Assembly: GCF_009914755.1 (NCBI RefSeq)
Contig: NC_060938.1
DNA from: the human T2T-CHM13v2.0 reference genome, Homo sapiens
Length of the DNA: 64,000 nt
Direction: 5' to 3' (one strand)
In this document: in pieces, positions 37,621 through 53,529 of the stretch
How positions within the stretch are numbered: position 1 is the first letter of the stretch
Layout: every line of letters begins with the position of its first letter
Made by a program: the position numbers and the translations under genes
Notes under the pieces: generated by a model
Told to the model about the DNA's origin: nothing
Databases searched by the model: none
Seen by the model: the letters and a program-made list of their open reading frames with translations, nothing else

Positions 37621-40600
37621 TCCAGGCAACTGCCAGATTGAAGGGGCTTTTCCCCAATGTAGACCTGTGCTCTGTGTGCTAGGAGGCCGAGGTTCCAGTC
37701 CAGGCTCGGCTTCTGACTCCCTACTTTAGGAGGAATCACTGAATTGACTGCAGCTCGGCTTCTGCTCTGTAAAATGGGGCTGTTGCTAGCTGAGCCTCTT
37801 CTGCCTCTGGTAGAAAATGATTCCAAGTGGCTGCCCTGTCCACCCTAATCCCATGGCCCGAACTTGATGTCTGCTGCTTCTAGAAGCCTAGTGCTCCAAA
37901 TATCTGCTCTGGGAGGGACTTGCAGATGATCCTGATTGGAAATGAGGCTGATTAACCTTTTGTGTATCATTGACTCTATGACAATCTGTTGAAACCTAGG
38001 GGCTCTTACCCTAGACAAATTAACACACCAGCCAGATACAGCTTACAAGGGCAGAGAGTTGCTGGTTTGAACCACAGACCCCTGGTTTAACATCTGTAAT
38101 CTAGTCAACCCCTCCTCTTTCTTGAAGGCTGAACCAAACACGAAGGGTTTTCCCCACCTTCCAATCCTCATACATGCAGACACCCCCTTTTCCTGCTTTC
38201 TCCTTCAGTCATCTTCCTCACCATCCCCCATGCTTGGGCACTCTCAGGAGGGAAATTGTCCTATAAATATCTGTAAAAGGCATGGTATGTCCTGTAGCAG
38301 AGAAAGCAAAAAATAAAAATATAATTCCTCCACCCCTGGCATGGCACGTGCAGAGCTCTGCCTGATCCTTCTCTCCCACAAGCCTCGGGGGTGGGTAAAC
38401 AAAAGTGAGAGGTGAAGCTGCTGCAGCGAAGTACCCCTTCAAAATCTTCAGTACCCTTCAGAGCCAGCGCTGTCATCACTATCACATAAACTGTACAACT
38501 CCAACGTCAACCAGCAGCCGCCTGGCTGGCAGCAGGAAGAGCCAATGCAATTTTGCACAGTGGCTTGCTTGCCCAAGGTATTGCCTGGCAAATGGGCTTC
38601 TTGTGCAATGGGGAACCACAGGGAGGGGCCTCTTAAATGTACCTCAAAGAAACAGCTCTAACAATGGATGATTCAACAGGCTAGTAATTGGCGCTCACTC
38701 TTACCACATTGTTTTGATAAAACGACATAGCCCAACTGGGGATATGAAGGCAGTAAGTAGAAAAGCTAACCTCTTGCTACTCAAATTGTGGCTGAGAACC
38801 AGCGACATCCCATCACCAGAAGCTTTATAGAAAAGCCAGGCTCTGTCCCAGACCTATTGAAAGGAGATCTGCATTTTAACATGATTGCGAGAGGATCCAC
38901 ATCTTAAAGTTTCAGAGGCCTAATCCAAAGTCTTCTGATAATGATCATTAGAGTCCCAGCCACCCCCGACTTCCCCCTGGGAAAACCACAACAAATAGAA
39001 CAAATTCCTCCAAGCTCTGCTCATAAGAAGAACCCACAACCCACAGACACCCCCTCACTCAACTAGAGACCTCACCCACCTGTTTGCAGAGTCACCCACC
39101 TTGGGCTACTTCTTTTCTACTATTTAATCTTCTGGGAAAACAGAGGTCTTCTATTTGGAGATAAAAATGACAAAGGAGAACCTCCTGAACAGAATCCAGT
39201 TTGCTTTTAGCTTTAGCCATCTCTCTGACCTCAGTGCTGCTGGACTCAGTTCCAAGATCTAACTGTCAAATGCTTTAGGGGAAACGGGAAGAGAAGTCCC
39301 TGGAGTAACCCATGTGCGCAGCCTGGCACTGTTTTCACTTGCCTTTGGAAATGAAGGTGCAGAAACCATGGGAGGTAAGGAGGGCACAGACTAGTGACTT
39401 CCAGTGTGGGACAGAGGGGAAAAGATGGAAGAGAAGTGCAGAAAACCACTCGGGAAAAGACAGGCTGGAGTGATGCCTGCTGAGACAGGGCCCTGATCTC
39501 CCAGGACTTCCCTTTCTGCCTGTTCTGTAGAAATGTCTCGGGTTTTGTGGTTTAGGAAAAGAGATGCTTAGCAAGCTTATAGAAAATGTAATGTGGGCAC
39601 TTTGTTGCTGTCCTGGCTTTTAAAGGACTCTGAAGCAGATCAGCTTCAAGGTATTGGCTATTCTGTTTGCAGCCTTAGAAAGACATCCTTGATGTTTTAT
39701 TGTTCTGCCTTTGCTAAGAGCTGGAAACTCTCCCTGGGGAAATGGCTCACCTTGAAAGAGATGCTATCGTAGCTGAAAATGTTTTAGCTTCACTTCCAAT
39801 CTCTGGTTCCTTGTGGGAAGTAACTGCTGCTGTGGTATATATGCCCTGTGCCTTTTATTGCATCTTTACCTCGGTGGACACAGCTGGCTGAAACTCAGTA
39901 AAACTTATGCTTCCATGGAGATTGATTCAGACAACAGGAAAAATAAGTGTAGAAAAAAACTGCACAGTACAAGGGCTAGATTCAGGTTGTAGAACAAAGT
40001 GATTATTACTTAGAATCCTGGATTAGCAAGAGAATAAGAAAGATGCTGAGATTACCTAGTGTTATCACCATCCACGTGAAACGTAGAATAAAACTTTTTC
40101 CCCACCACATAGATATTGGGCAGTTTATTATAGATGCTACAAAGGGATTTATTATATTTTTCCCAAAATGGTTAATTAGAGGCATCCCAAATTACAACCC
40201 CTTTAGCATAACTCCCAGCTCCATGCAGCCTACTTACTAAGGACCCAGCTACTGACAGCTCAGCTCTTTGCCAATCCAACTTTTTTTCCCCATATGCTCA
40301 AACTTTTCTTCTCCAAGAAGACTTCCTGAATGATCCCAATTCATAGGGATCTCATCCTTAATGCAGGGGAAATTCACTGTTCTGGAATAGTCTACCATAC
40401 CATCACGCTCTTCTTTTTGTGTAATCCTGGATTTCTTCTCCAGTTGTTTTATTCTTGCCTGTCTACACAGATAGATCAGTAGCCTTCAATAGTCTGCATC
40501 TCCTGTTATCTTGCAGCCTCCTACTATAAACAGTAGGTGCTTTACTTATGCCAGTTGGGTTGACCTAGACAGTAGTCTCTAAGTAGCAGTCCTTGGCTCA

Positions 40601-41149
40601 TCCTTCTGAAACCAACGAGCTCTTAGGCAGGCTGAGAAAGGGTTAGGACTGTTCACTCTGGGACATCCTTGGCTCTGTATGAGTGTTGTTTTTAAAAGCA
40701 GGGATTTTGTCTCCAGTGCATTGAAGAGATAAAACCCCATTGTCAGCATATTTCTTCAGGATCTTTCTGTGTTAGATCTCACTGCCAAGCCAGAGTCCCC
40801 ACACACAGACTCTCACTTTTCCCCCATCAATAGGCTGAAGTGAGGCAAGTAGTAGAATGTGCTCAAATCATGGCCTATTCTTAATAAAAGAAACAAGGAC
40901 AGCTTGGGGCTGGCTCGTCTCTTCTCAAATTCTCCTAGTGTTCTGAACCAAATGTATGAAACGAATAGATTTGTTTTATTCGCAGGTATTAATGCTTCTC
41001 CGAAAGCAGTTGTTTGGGTGGCTGGAATATCAGTAGTCATTGACCAATAAGGCTTGCAGGTGTGAATCAGAGCAGTATTCTGGACTTCCAGAGTAGAGCT
41101 GCCATCTACTACTCTACATCACCTTCATCCTTACAGAATCACTGAGACC

Positions 41150-42010
41150 ATTCATTCATTCACAAGCAGTTGTGTCTGCTACATGCCAGGCACTTGTAGT
41201 AGGCATTAGAGATACAATGGCAAGTGAAACAGACACTGCATGTAATCTACTGAGAGAGACTGGGAATTAATTCAATAAGTAAAAGTAAGTATATAATTAT
41301 CAATTGTGATAAAGGCCCTGAAGCAAAAGAATAGGATGTTCTACAAGAATATTACAAGAGCTTTATCTGATCTAACGTGTATGGGGAGGGGAAGCCTCAG
41401 GGAACGCTTCTTAGGGGAAGTGACATTTGAGCTGAGCGTTGAAAGAAGAATAAAAATTAAAAAGTACAGAGGGGGCCAGGTGCAGTGGCTCACACCTGTA
41501 ATCTTAGCACTTTGGGAGGCCGAGGCAGATGGATCACTTGAGGTCAAGAGTTCGAAACCATCCTGGCCAACATGGTGAAACATCATGTCTACTAAAAATA
41601 CAGAAAAATTAGCTGGGTGTGGTGGCAGGGTGCCTGTAATCCCAGCTACTTGGGAGGCTGAGGCAGGAGAACTGCTTGAACCCAGGAGGCGGAGGTTTCG
41701 GTGAGCCAAGATCGCACCACTGCACTCCAGCCTAGGCGACAGAGTGAGACTCTGTCTCAAAAAAAAAAAAAAAAAGTGAAGAGGGGTTAGAGAGTGCCCA
41801 GGATACAAAGAGTTAGTTCATTGGAGGAACTGGAGTAAAGTCCTTGTGGCTGGATTAAAGGGGACGAGGAAAACCAAGATATAAAGAGGTAGGCAGGGGC
41901 TGGATCACATGTGCACACAGTTTTGAAGACTTTGGCTTTTATTTTGGAACAGTGGAAGGCTGTTTTAAGCAGAGGATGAGAACATTAAATTTATGTGTCC
42001 AGAAGATTGC
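41150..42010 (-). mobile_element. L2 fragment interrupted by an Alu
   Basis: cattcattcattcacaa...tgccaggcact...gaagtgacatttgagctgag; resumes after 41776. Confidence 0.7.
41474..41775 (+). mobile_element. AluS
   Basis: Full dimer, poly(A), TSD-like aaaaagt..agagggg. Confidence 0.94.
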
Positions 42011-43529
42011 TCTGATGAGACAAGCGGTGAACAAAAACATCATTACTCAGGTCTCATCCAACTCTTCCATTGTATATTCTAATAAACCACCCAAGTTCTG
42101 CTTTCAGAGCTCTGAGCCAAAGTGAGTTATACCTCCCCAGGCCCACTGAAAATCCCAGAGAGCTTACTGAATGGCGTGGGGGCCCTGGTAAAACTCACCG
42201 TTCAGGCATTTGAATCTGGGCCACTCTATTACTATCAGCATTTTGCCTCCACTCCCAAGGAAGAAATCCTTAAAAGTATAACCTTTGGGTCCCCATGCCC
42301 AGGCAGGCTGACTTCTCTTGGATCACAATAATCATGGTTTTGACTATGAATTGCCGATCCCAAATTAAATGATTAACCCAAGGTCAATGAGCTAGTCAGC
42401 TGCCAAACCAAGGACAGATTTTCAGTTCCCTGAACTCAAGGCAGATGCACTTCTCAGGAATGCTGTCAGAGGCTTAGAAAAAGAAAGTGTTCCATGTTCC
42501 CAAAATATGTAAACTTATTCTTTGATATTCATGTTTATTCTATGACTCAGAAGTTCCCACGATCATTTTCTGGGGTGATCAGAAACTCTCTTTGAGGGGG
42601 AAATGATTCCTTACTTGAAAAGCGTTTTTAGCCAAGTTGCTTCTTTCGTAGCGGTGAGCATCCTTTGAGGATGATGCTGGCTTTCTTGTGGGCTGCTCCA
42701 CCTTGCTATTTCCTGAAGCTACTGGAACAGTTGAAACAGGCATATGAATAACCCCTGGGTTGCCAAAAAGACACCTCAATCCTTAACAGGTTTTGATCTG
42801 AAAAGGAGAGGTTTGTTCACTTGATTTGCTTTACGAATTTTGCAACATTGGCAGGTTGTGCCTGGGCCTTTCCCAGCCCTCTCTGCAGAAATGAGAACCA
42901 GGATTACTCATCCTTCTGTATTTTAAAGGAATTCCAGGAGTGCTCAGACAAGCTGCTGAAAAAAAACTGGTGTTATTTGACAGCTTCTGAGCATGGATGT
43001 TTCAGGCCCCGCTAATGCCATGAAAATAGAAATGGCCCTTGTGCCAGAGGTAGCATTCTACTTCCATCAGGTGAGGTGGCAAGGCACACAGGGTTTTTGG
43101 GGTGGCTCCCCAGAAGAGAGGCAGCTGGAAAAATCGGACCTACATGCCCAGCTTTGTCCTTGCAGGCAGAGCTCCTCCTTCAACCCACTTCTCATTCTAT
43201 GAGCTGATCTGTCCTGACAGCTGCCAATTAGTCCTCTCATTCCTGGAGCTCGCTTTGGCACTCTCACGAATGTTTCTTTCAAAGTCCACTCTTCATTTAA
43301 AACGTTGCTCAGCCTTACGTCAGGGGTGAAATAAACGGCCTTAAAATTTTTCATAAAAAAGCGCAGTTTCAACCAGCAAATAGGTTCCAGAGATTGTGTA
43401 AATTATGGTGCTAGAACTTACCCACCAAATTCAAATCTGTATTTGGATATAAATGTTCTATAAACAGTTCTGAAGAACACACACGTCAGAAGCAATTCCG
43501 TGATACCTGTTACCATCTTTCTGTAATTT

Positions 43530-43755
43530 TTCAAATTTTTTTATCTTAAAATGACAAATAATCATTGTATATATTTATAGCATACAATGTGATGTTTGGA
43601 TCCATGTATATATTATGAAATGATCATATCAGGCTCTTAACATATCCATCACCTCACATACTTATCAGTTCCTTGTGGTGAAAACATTCAAATCCATTCT
43701 TTTAGCAATTTTGAAGTATACATTATTATTAATTATAGTCACCTTGCTGTGCAAT
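43530..43755 (-). mobile_element. L1MA-type 3' end fragment
   Basis: tgacaaataatcattgtatatatttatag...catatccatcacctcacatacttat...ttatagtcaccttgctgtgcaat. Confidence 0.8.
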
Positions 43756-44948
43756 TTCCTTTCTGGCCCATGCACCATTGGAGTATCTTTTCTGTTTTAT
43801 TCCTCCAAATTGGACCAGTCCCTCTGTTTGGGTCTAAGGCCATGTTGGCCAAAAAGCAGAATCTGAATCCAGTCTAGAGTCTGATGGGAATAAAACGATG
43901 TGCTCCTCCCTCAGTTACTGACTGATCATCCCATCTGTCACCAACTGATGCGGTGGCTCTGGACAAACCACCTGACTGCTCTGTCCTCACTTTCTTTGTT
44001 TGCAGGAAAAGGATAATACTACTCTTATGCACTCACAGAGTTCTGGTGAAACATTTTTAATGTGCAGTACGTGGGTGAACTTTGCAAAGTTTAAAAATAG
44101 TATAGAAGTATAATCATGTTATTATGTGAAATAGTGTTCTCCAACCCATTCTCTCTATTCTCCCTGGAAGACAAACAAACAAAAGTAGTGCCAAACTAAG
44201 CATTTGTGATGGGAGGCCTAATTTACATCTCGTCCAGAGCGGAGAAAGCCGGCACTATTGTGAGATCCATCCACGGGTCCCTCAGAATACATACACTCTG
44301 CATCTCTGCCTTGTGTTTGCTTCCTTGCACTGTCTCCATGGCCCGTACCTCAGGTTGGGGTTAGGGGAGAAGTCAGTACCAATTCCTGGAGGCATAGTCT
44401 GTTGAATATTCACATAAATTCCACCAAACATTTTGTCCTGGCTGCCAATTTTTGGAGAGCTTGAAAAACAGTTTTGTGTGTGCACTGACTCTCACAGTGT
44501 CTTTCTTACAGTGAAAATTACTGGGGACAGAAACCAGTCCCTGCCATTCTTTTTTAATGATGCAGTGATTTCCAGACAATGAGTAAATGCTTCTAAGGGC
44601 AAAGGGCTGTGGTTCCACAGCTGTCACCAACTAGCTGGCACGCCTGGGGTGTGGTTCTCCATTTCTCTGGACCTCATTTTTCTAAGTTGGAGGTATTCAA
44701 ATACCATTCGGTGAAACCCTTGGTATTATTATTATTTTGCATTTTGGGCATCTGTATAAAGTTTGAGCTAATAGAAAAAGTTTAAACACTGCTGCTTTCA
44801 GCACTAATCCTCTAATGCTCCAAAAATTCTACCAAAATCCCCACTGATTGTTTTATGAGATATTTATTTTCATCCAGTCCAAATTTTTCTTCTTTTTCCT
44901 TCAAAGCTAATAAATGTGGGGGAATAGTGGTTAGAAAGAGGTTATGGT

Positions 44949-45262
44949 GGCTGAGCACGGTGGTTCACGCCTGTAATCCCAGCACTTTGGGAGGCTGAGG
45001 CAGGCAGATCACGAGGTCAGGAGATCGAGATCATTCTGGCTAACACGGTGAAACCTCGTCTCTACTAAAAATACAAAAAAATTAGCAGGGCATGGTGGCG
45101 GGCGCCTGTAGTCCCAGCCACTCGGGAGGCTGAGGCAGGAGAATGGCATGAACCTGGGAGGCGAGCTTGCAGTTAGCCGAGATTGTGCCGCTGCACTCCG
45201 GCCTGGGCGACAGAGTGAGGCTCTGTCTCAGGAAAGAAGGAAAGAAAGAAAAAGAGAGAGAG
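44949..45262 (+). mobile_element. AluY-like with GA-rich tail
   Basis: Diagnostics gatcacgaggtcaggagatcgag, ggctaacacggtg and gaatggc.tgaacc; 15-bp TSD agaaagaggttatgg. Confidence 0.92.
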
Positions 45263-46850
45263 AGAAAGAGGTTATGGCCCTGATGTCTGGTAGATTAGGG
45301 ATTCTCGACTTGATCCACCCAGTCTGGAAAGATTTTCTGTAGGAAGTGGTGACAAGAGGAGTTTGGTCAGGTTAAATAGGAACCAGGACTGGAACCCTCA
45401 TAGCATGGCCATCTCCCCAAAGAGTACAGGCAGAAGAAAATTGCAGGTAACTCCTGAGCCTCTATACTAGCCAGCAATGAAATATGTACTTCTAGGATGA
45501 GTCCTTTGTTCTGTCTTCCGAAGTAATCTTAATTAAAATAGACTAACATAAATGAAGAGACGGACAATTCATTAAAAACCTAAACTTTGCTATCTTCTAA
45601 AAGTGGCATAATTTGCTTAGTCTTCTGGCTGTCAATAAGCTGTGAGTCCCATTGACCCCCAAATGTTGCTGTATCTTTGCCAGGTAACAAAGGACCAAGA
45701 CTAAATTTGGTGGGCCTGGGAGAGTGGCATCCCAGAGGAGGCCCCCAAAGGGAATCTGCTGCAAAATGAGTAAAGTCCTCAAACAATCCACCTGGCCTAT
45801 CCCACTATGCCCACCATTGTCTGCTGGGAAAGCGGGGACATCACGCATCTAGAATCCATGTTCTCTTCTTCCATCTCCAGCAATTATTCCCTACCATGCA
45901 ACCCTCCCAAGGCCCCCAGTCCAAAATTCTCTCCAAACTCAAAAAGGTTTGTCTGGCAACAGAGAGATCTTGTGAACACACTGGGACTAGTAGATTTTTC
46001 TGAACCTGTCCTTAAAGCTCTTCTCGAAACCACGTGTTGATCCTCTGTCTATTTTCTCATCTCTCTGTTTCTCCCTCCACCCTCATTCTTCCTCTTTGGT
46101 GATCCCAAAATGTTTGTCCCTATGTCTGCTCTCATCCTCCATCACAGAGTCTTTCTACATAATGCTGAGCGCCTGGAAACAATCTCTTAGTAATGTGTTG
46201 TCACTTTAGCACTCTTATGAAGTCAAGAGGCAGATTTCTCAGGAAACATTTAAAAGGAGATTGAGTGTCTCTGTTTTGAATTATGGCACATGGAGAGAAA
46301 AGTCAAAACAGAGTATTATAATAGGCTTAGAGAAATCCCAGGACTGAAGCTCCTTAAATATGCTTTTATGACCTAGTTGGAATGTGGCACAAGTTGTCTT
46401 TTTGGTTCATTTATTTAAAACAATTGTGTGACATCACTCTTTAGTCCCTGGCCTGTTTATCCCCAAGGCAATTGCTAATGAATGGTGCTGGCAACTGTAA
46501 GATGCTGTTTTATATACAACAGGTATCGTGGTCAACTCTGCTAATTTGCAGAACATACAGTTTTCTCACACAACAGATTTTGTTTAATCAGTGAGACAGT
46601 GAACCTTCAGAAGGGAAATTATGACTGGTAAATCACTATCTTTTTAAAGGTCAGAACTATTTAGATTTTAAAATAAAATCTTTTAGCGCTAAATGCATCT
46701 TGCAGGTTTTTAAACTTTTAATTTTGAAGTAATTTCAAACTTATAAAAAGCTACAAAAATAGTATAAGAAAAACTCCTATATACCCTTCACCCAGATTCA
46801 CCATTTTGGGATAACTTACCACATTCACTTTGCTTCTCTCTGGATATGAT

Positions 46851-46853
46851 CAC

Positions 46854-46884
<31 letters not shown>

Positions 46885-46975
46885 GTCATCATCATCTGAT
46901 ACCTTTCAGAATAAGTTTCAGAAATAAGTTTCAAATCATCATCATCATCTGATCCATTTCAGAATAAGTTTCAAA
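46851..46975 (+). repeat. (ATC)n microsatellite plus local duplication
   Basis: About 14 CAT/ATC units, then atcatctgat..tttcagaataagtttca repeated twice. Confidence 0.85.
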
Positions 46976-47996
46976 ATATTTATCCCTAAATATTTTGTGT
47001 ATATTTTCTAAGAACAAAGACATTCTGTTACTACAAAGTAGAATTACCAAAATCAGGAAATGTAATATAATACTATTATCTAATCTACAGATCTTGTTCA
47101 AATTTGGTTCGTTACCTCAAAAATATTCTTAACAACGTTTTGTTTTGTTTTCTGGACCAGCTCTCGCAGGTTGTGATAGGAGAAACTTTCATTGTCATTT
47201 ACTTCTAAATATTTTATCATTTCTATTGTAGATTCCTCTTTAATCCATGTTTTAGAAGGTATTTTTTACTAGTTTCCAAATATGTCGTAATTATTATTTT
47301 TAACTTCTTTTCATTGTTGATTTCAAATTTCATTGCACTGTAGTCAAAAAAACAACGGTCTCTATGACAGTCCTTTCACTCTTGTGGAGACTTCTTTTGT
47401 GATTTTAACAGGAGGTAAGATTATGTAAAAATGTATTTGAATCTACTGTTGGGTATAAGGACTTTTTGCTGTATATCTGGTAGATTTGTTGTTGCTTAAA
47501 CCTTTTCAGTTCTTGCTAAACTTTCATTTTACTTTATCTCGGTAATCTACACTACGATTGGAGGTTTGGAGATTTCTCCTAATTCTCTCAGCTTTGGCTT
47601 TGTGGTTTTCAGAGTTATGCTATTAGCTGCACACAAGTTCATGAATATTAAGTCTTGGTGGATTGCTGCTTCTATTATTATATAGAGGCTTTTGCCTTAA
47701 ATTATATTTAGCCTGATATAAATATTGATATACCAGGTTCTTCATTATTATTTTCATGGGACCCCTTTTTTAAATTTTTTTACATTCAGTCTTTCTCTTT
47801 GGTTTTTTCATTGGATGTCTTATAAGAAGCACATATACCTGGACTTTTTTAAAAAACAAATTGATACTATTTTTAGAAGATCAATATAATCTCCTTATAT
47901 TTATTTTATTTGAACTTATGCCTTCTTATTTTGGGTTTTCTCCTTACCATAATTTTTTCTTGCTTTGTAAATTTCTCTTTTTCTGTCTTCCACTGA

Positions 47997-48351
<355 letters not shown>

Positions 48352-49269
48352 AATTCCCCCTAATTTTTAAAACATGTACATTTAATCGTAAACTTTTCTA
48401 ACAAAGGCTAGAGTTATTCAGTTTCTGTCCTCTTTAATATCACATATGCCTCAGAGATTGAACATGATGCTCCTTTCCCCCAATCTTATTGTTATGGAGA
48501 GCTTTAATTTTACCATCTTTTAATTACAAAAAAGTTATTAAACGTCGTCAATATGTATGTCCTTATGGTCAATAATTAATTAAAGTAATTTGATTAATTT
48601 AATAATTAATTAACAAATTAAATGTTACCACTTTCTACATGCATCATTATTTCTTATATTTCATGCCTTGGACTCACTGTTCTTCCTAGTAAATAACATC
48701 CTATAATATTTCTTTTAGTAGAGTTTTCAACTCTGTTACTTGTGATCAGAAATCTGTTGTCAGTGCAATTATGACTTCCTTATAAACAATGTAATTCTCT
48801 CTGGAGATTTCTCAGCGCTTTCATGTTGATGCCTTGCAGTCTTACTTCAGTGTGTCTGGTAGGTGTGGGTTTTCTTTATTTATTCAACTTAAGTCCCCAG
48901 AGTGCTCCTTTAGTCAAAGGACTTCTCTCATTTTTCAATCATGGAAGTCTCTACTACTTGTCTCTTCAAATACTGTTCTTCCTTATTTTCTTCTTCAGAA
49001 ATCCTATTCAACATTTATTGTAGCTATTCAAATTATGTTCCTTATGTTGTTTCATATTTTTAAATCTCCCTGTATCTTTGGCTATGTAAGGATAATTCCT
49101 CAGAACTCTTTTCCAATTCATTAATTCCCTGTGTAACTGCTGTGAGTCTAGAATTTGTTCTATTGAACTTCTAAATAACTATAATTTTGATTTCAGAGAT
49201 TTCAAATCGTGTATTTTCATATTTATACAGTATTATTTCATTTCAGCCTGTTTGTGTTTCATATCTTCC

Positions 49270-49273
<4 letters not shown>

Positions 49274-49300
<27 letters not shown>
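49274..49300 (+). repeat. A27 homopolymer
   Basis: 27 consecutive A at the junction of the L1 and L2-like relics. Confidence 0.95.
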
Positions 49301-49303
<3 letters not shown>

Positions 49304-50025
49304 GGCCTGGAGCTTAGAGAGAGGTCTGAGTTGAAGATTTAAATTGGAAGTAGGAAGTGGATAATATTTAAAGCCATGAGCATAGATAAGATCACCAAAG
49401 GAGTGCATATGGATAAAGAACTGAGAATTGAATCCACATGTCCTCCAACATTAAGAGTTTGGAATGAAAAGGAAGAACCATTAAAACGGAAACTGAGAAA
49501 AGGGGCTTGTGAGGTAGCAGGGAAACCAGGAAAGCGTTATGTATCCCCATGCAGAAAAGCAGAAAATCTGAGAGGATCGACTATCAAATTCTGCTCAGTA
49601 AAATGAGGACTGAGAACTGATCTTTGGTTTTAGCAGTCAGGTGGGGGAGAATGCCTGGAGTGATAATACTTGACAATTATTTTTAAGTCTTCTTTTCACG
49701 AGCTGGCGAAGTGGGGATGTTATCCACTCCCAAAACCTTTGGCTTCAAGTGGTAATTGGCGTTTATACTCTGCCTCAGGTGGAACTCTTTAATTCCCTTT
49801 ACTTTGCAGAGACTAAACTCCCACTGACTCCCTCCTGTTTTTATCTTGGAACACGGGAGATTTCTGGTTTGTAGAGATGTTTATCCATGAGCTAGCGATA
49901 CTATTTTTTATTTTCTATTTTCTCTTATTGCTATGAGTTTAGAGCACCAAAGCACAAATTTGAGAAGCCTTGTGAATTGACTGGAAGTTTCTTACATTCT
50001 TCAAATATCTGAACATTTCGGATGG

Positions 50026-50555
50026 TGTGTTAGTTAACCATTGCTGCAGAACAAACAACCCTATAACTTAGTGGCTTAAAACAGCAGCTATTTATTTAGC
50101 TCATGATTCTGCAAATCAGCAACCTTGGGTGGATCAGCTGCACATTCTTCTGGTCTCCTGGGTGCTTTCATGCATCCCATGGTCAGCTACAGGCCAGCTA
50201 AGGACCCCTGCTTCTGAGGATTAACTGGCTGTTGGCTGAGGCCACAGGGGTTACAGGGTTGACTTGGCTGTGTGGTCCCTCACTATCTAGCAGTCTAGCT
50301 TAAGCTTGTTTACATGGTAGGTAGTGGGCAGATTTCTGAGAGAGAGATAACAGAAAAATCACAAGGCCTCTTCTGGCCTAGGCTTTGGAATGGCACATCA
50401 CCCCTGCTTCGATGTATTGATCAAAACTGATATCATGGTCAGCCCACATTCAAGGGGTGGAGAATTATCTTTGATGAGATGAGCTAGGAAACCATATCGC
50501 AAAGGGGCATGGATGCAAGGAAGAGAATGATTTTTGGACATTTTTGCAAACAATG
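50026..50555 (-). mobile_element. MaLR LTR (MLT1F/G/H-like)
   Basis: tgtgttagtt...ttgctgcagaacaaacaaccc..aacttagtggcttaaaacagc...tttatttagctcatgattctgc. Confidence 0.75.
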
Positions 50556-51801
50556 TATGATATGGACTTAAATTGTTATGGGATAAATTTAAATTAGATT
50601 GAAGGAGAAAAGATGTCAACTCTAGAGCACGTTTGTAATTTTTGAGCATTGCATGTACCGGGGGTAGTTTTTAAGACCAGGCCCAGCTGGAGCAGAGATG
50701 CTGCATCCGATTCAGGACCAGTTCAGTGCAGTCTGCCATTATCAAGGTAAGTGCTAGGAGCCATGGGAGATCACAGAGGAATTCCTTTCTGCCTTTCAAG
50801 GAGATAGTACTTGAACAGGGAGTTCAGGGCAAGCCTCCAGCTCTACAATGAGGCAAAATATTAAGTGCTATGAGATGACTGGTTAAGGGAAAATCTTTGG
50901 AAGGAAGTAGACTTCAAGTGTAAGCTGAGAGGAAGAAACCATGGAAGATTACAGACTCCAAAGAGTCAAAGATGACAGACAATGGTTGCACTTTGGCCAG
51001 CATCCTTCCTTACTTGTTGGACAGGCCAAAAGGCTGAGCAATACATCAATCCTCAGGAGACAAAAAGGAAAAGAACCAAGTTCTCCCAACTGATTTTTTC
51101 TTCCTTAGTTAAACCAGAAGGAATTTATGGCTTTTAACTGAAAGAACACTTGTATCAACAAGAATTCTGCACACTTCAGCAAAGATAGGTCCTAGCTTGT
51201 GGTAGTTCTGGCAGATTTTTAGAGTGTTACCAGTATACCCCCTTCATACCATGGCGGTCCAGCTGTTGATATTCTAGGTGCCCAGGCCAAAGGAGGCCAG
51301 AAAGAGAGCCCAAAGGCTGGTGCTTGGAGGGTATGTTGACCTGTGGGTCTTTGGTCCTGACTCTGGCAATACCAAAAGTTTCTTTTTGTTTTGTAGAACA
51401 TGTAAAACTGAAGGCTGCTGCTCAAAATGTCCTATGGCTACATTTCCATTTGTCTAACCCACCCAGTGATTTTTTAATACTATCAAAACTTGCCTAGGAG
51501 TTCCACTTCCAAAAGTTATTGGCTGCATTTTGACTAATTCTTAGATTGAAGACAGGGACTAGGGCCTGAAAACCACAGCCCCCAAGGGAGCCAGGTCTGT
51601 TCAAGGCATTGCTTCCAAGTCAGAGACTCTTCACCAAGCCTTTTTTCTCCTTGGAGACCAATGGAGCAGCGTTAATCTGGCACAGATGAGCACTCCCATA
51701 ATGCTCAACATCTCTTTCCAAGAGTGGAGAGAGATGATGCAGAGATTAGTCAATCATCCCAATATAAAAATTAGTGGACATATTGGCAAATAGGAAACGT
51801 G

Positions 51802-52100
51802 TTTTTTTTTTTTTTTTTTTGAGACAGTCTCACTCCGTCACCTAGGGTGGAGTGCAGTGGCATGATCATGGCTCACTGCAGCCTCAACCTCCTGGGCTCA
51901 GGTGATCCTCCCACCTCAGTTTCCCGAGTAGCTGGGACTGCAGGTGCGTGCCACCACACCCAGTTAATTTTTTGCATTTTTAGTAGAGACAGGTCTCACT
52001 ATGTTCCTCAGGCTGGTCTCGAACTCCTAGGTTCAAGTGGTCCTCCCACCTCCGCCTTCCAAAGTTCTGGGATTAGAGGCATAAGTCACCACACCCAGCC
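51802..52100 (-). mobile_element. AluJ
   Basis: gatcatggctcactgcagcctcaacctcctgggctcaggtgatcctcccacctcag. Confidence 0.92.
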
Positions 52101-52421
52101 AGGAAATATTTAATAATTGTGTTGTTCATGCATCTATCCCAGAAATGAATTCAATCAAACACTGCATTATGAGCATGAATTTGTGTTACATGATTCTATT
52201 CTAGACTCGGGAAACAGCAAAGGGATGGCAACAAAAATATTTGAGTGCTACTCTTTGCTCGAAACTCTGCTTTACTTTTGCTCATTCACCATGTCTCATG
52301 AATTCCCCTGTCCTTTGATTTCTGGTTCTTTAATATTTCTGGGATTCAATCTTTCTCCCCATCCCCACTGCCTTGATTCACAACCTCCATCATCTGTCAG
52401 TAGATTTATTATAAAGCTCTC

Positions 52422-53092
<671 letters not shown>

Positions 53093-53529
53093 GCCTTCTG
53101 CCTGGGCTCTGTGCTTGTTCCTTTCAAGTTGGTACTTCTGAAAGTGGAATTATCTACCTCAGTCATTAGTCTGATCTTGTTACTTGACTGTTTAAAACCC
53201 TTCAAAACACCCCCTCCTCTCCCAGTAGTGTTTTCTGCAGTAAGTTTACTGGAACATTAGTTATGTAAGATGCCCCCCGTTATGTAAGTTTGGGAACTCC
53301 ACAAGTCTCCAACTTGAGGGGTCACTGAACATTTGCATATCAAAGACTCTGAGAAGTTTTACAGTCAAAAAACCCAGTTAACTTTGTTTCACCCAATGTT
53401 TGCCAAACTCAAATTTTTTTTCTTGGTATAATACACATTATATCTACTGCAGCGTGTGTTCTGTAGTACAAACTAGGAAATGCTGCCCCATGCAGTTAAA
53501 TCCACACATTTGACTTGTCATGTGAAACG

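Noticed and set aside
41341-41808. ORFs with [18 protein letters not shown] peptides (also 10594, 21942, 34003, 48067, 51847)
   Set aside because: Translations of Alu sequence, not genes.
48570-48622. AT-rich quasi-palindrome (taattaatta repeats)
   Set aside because: Low-complexity decay within an old L1.
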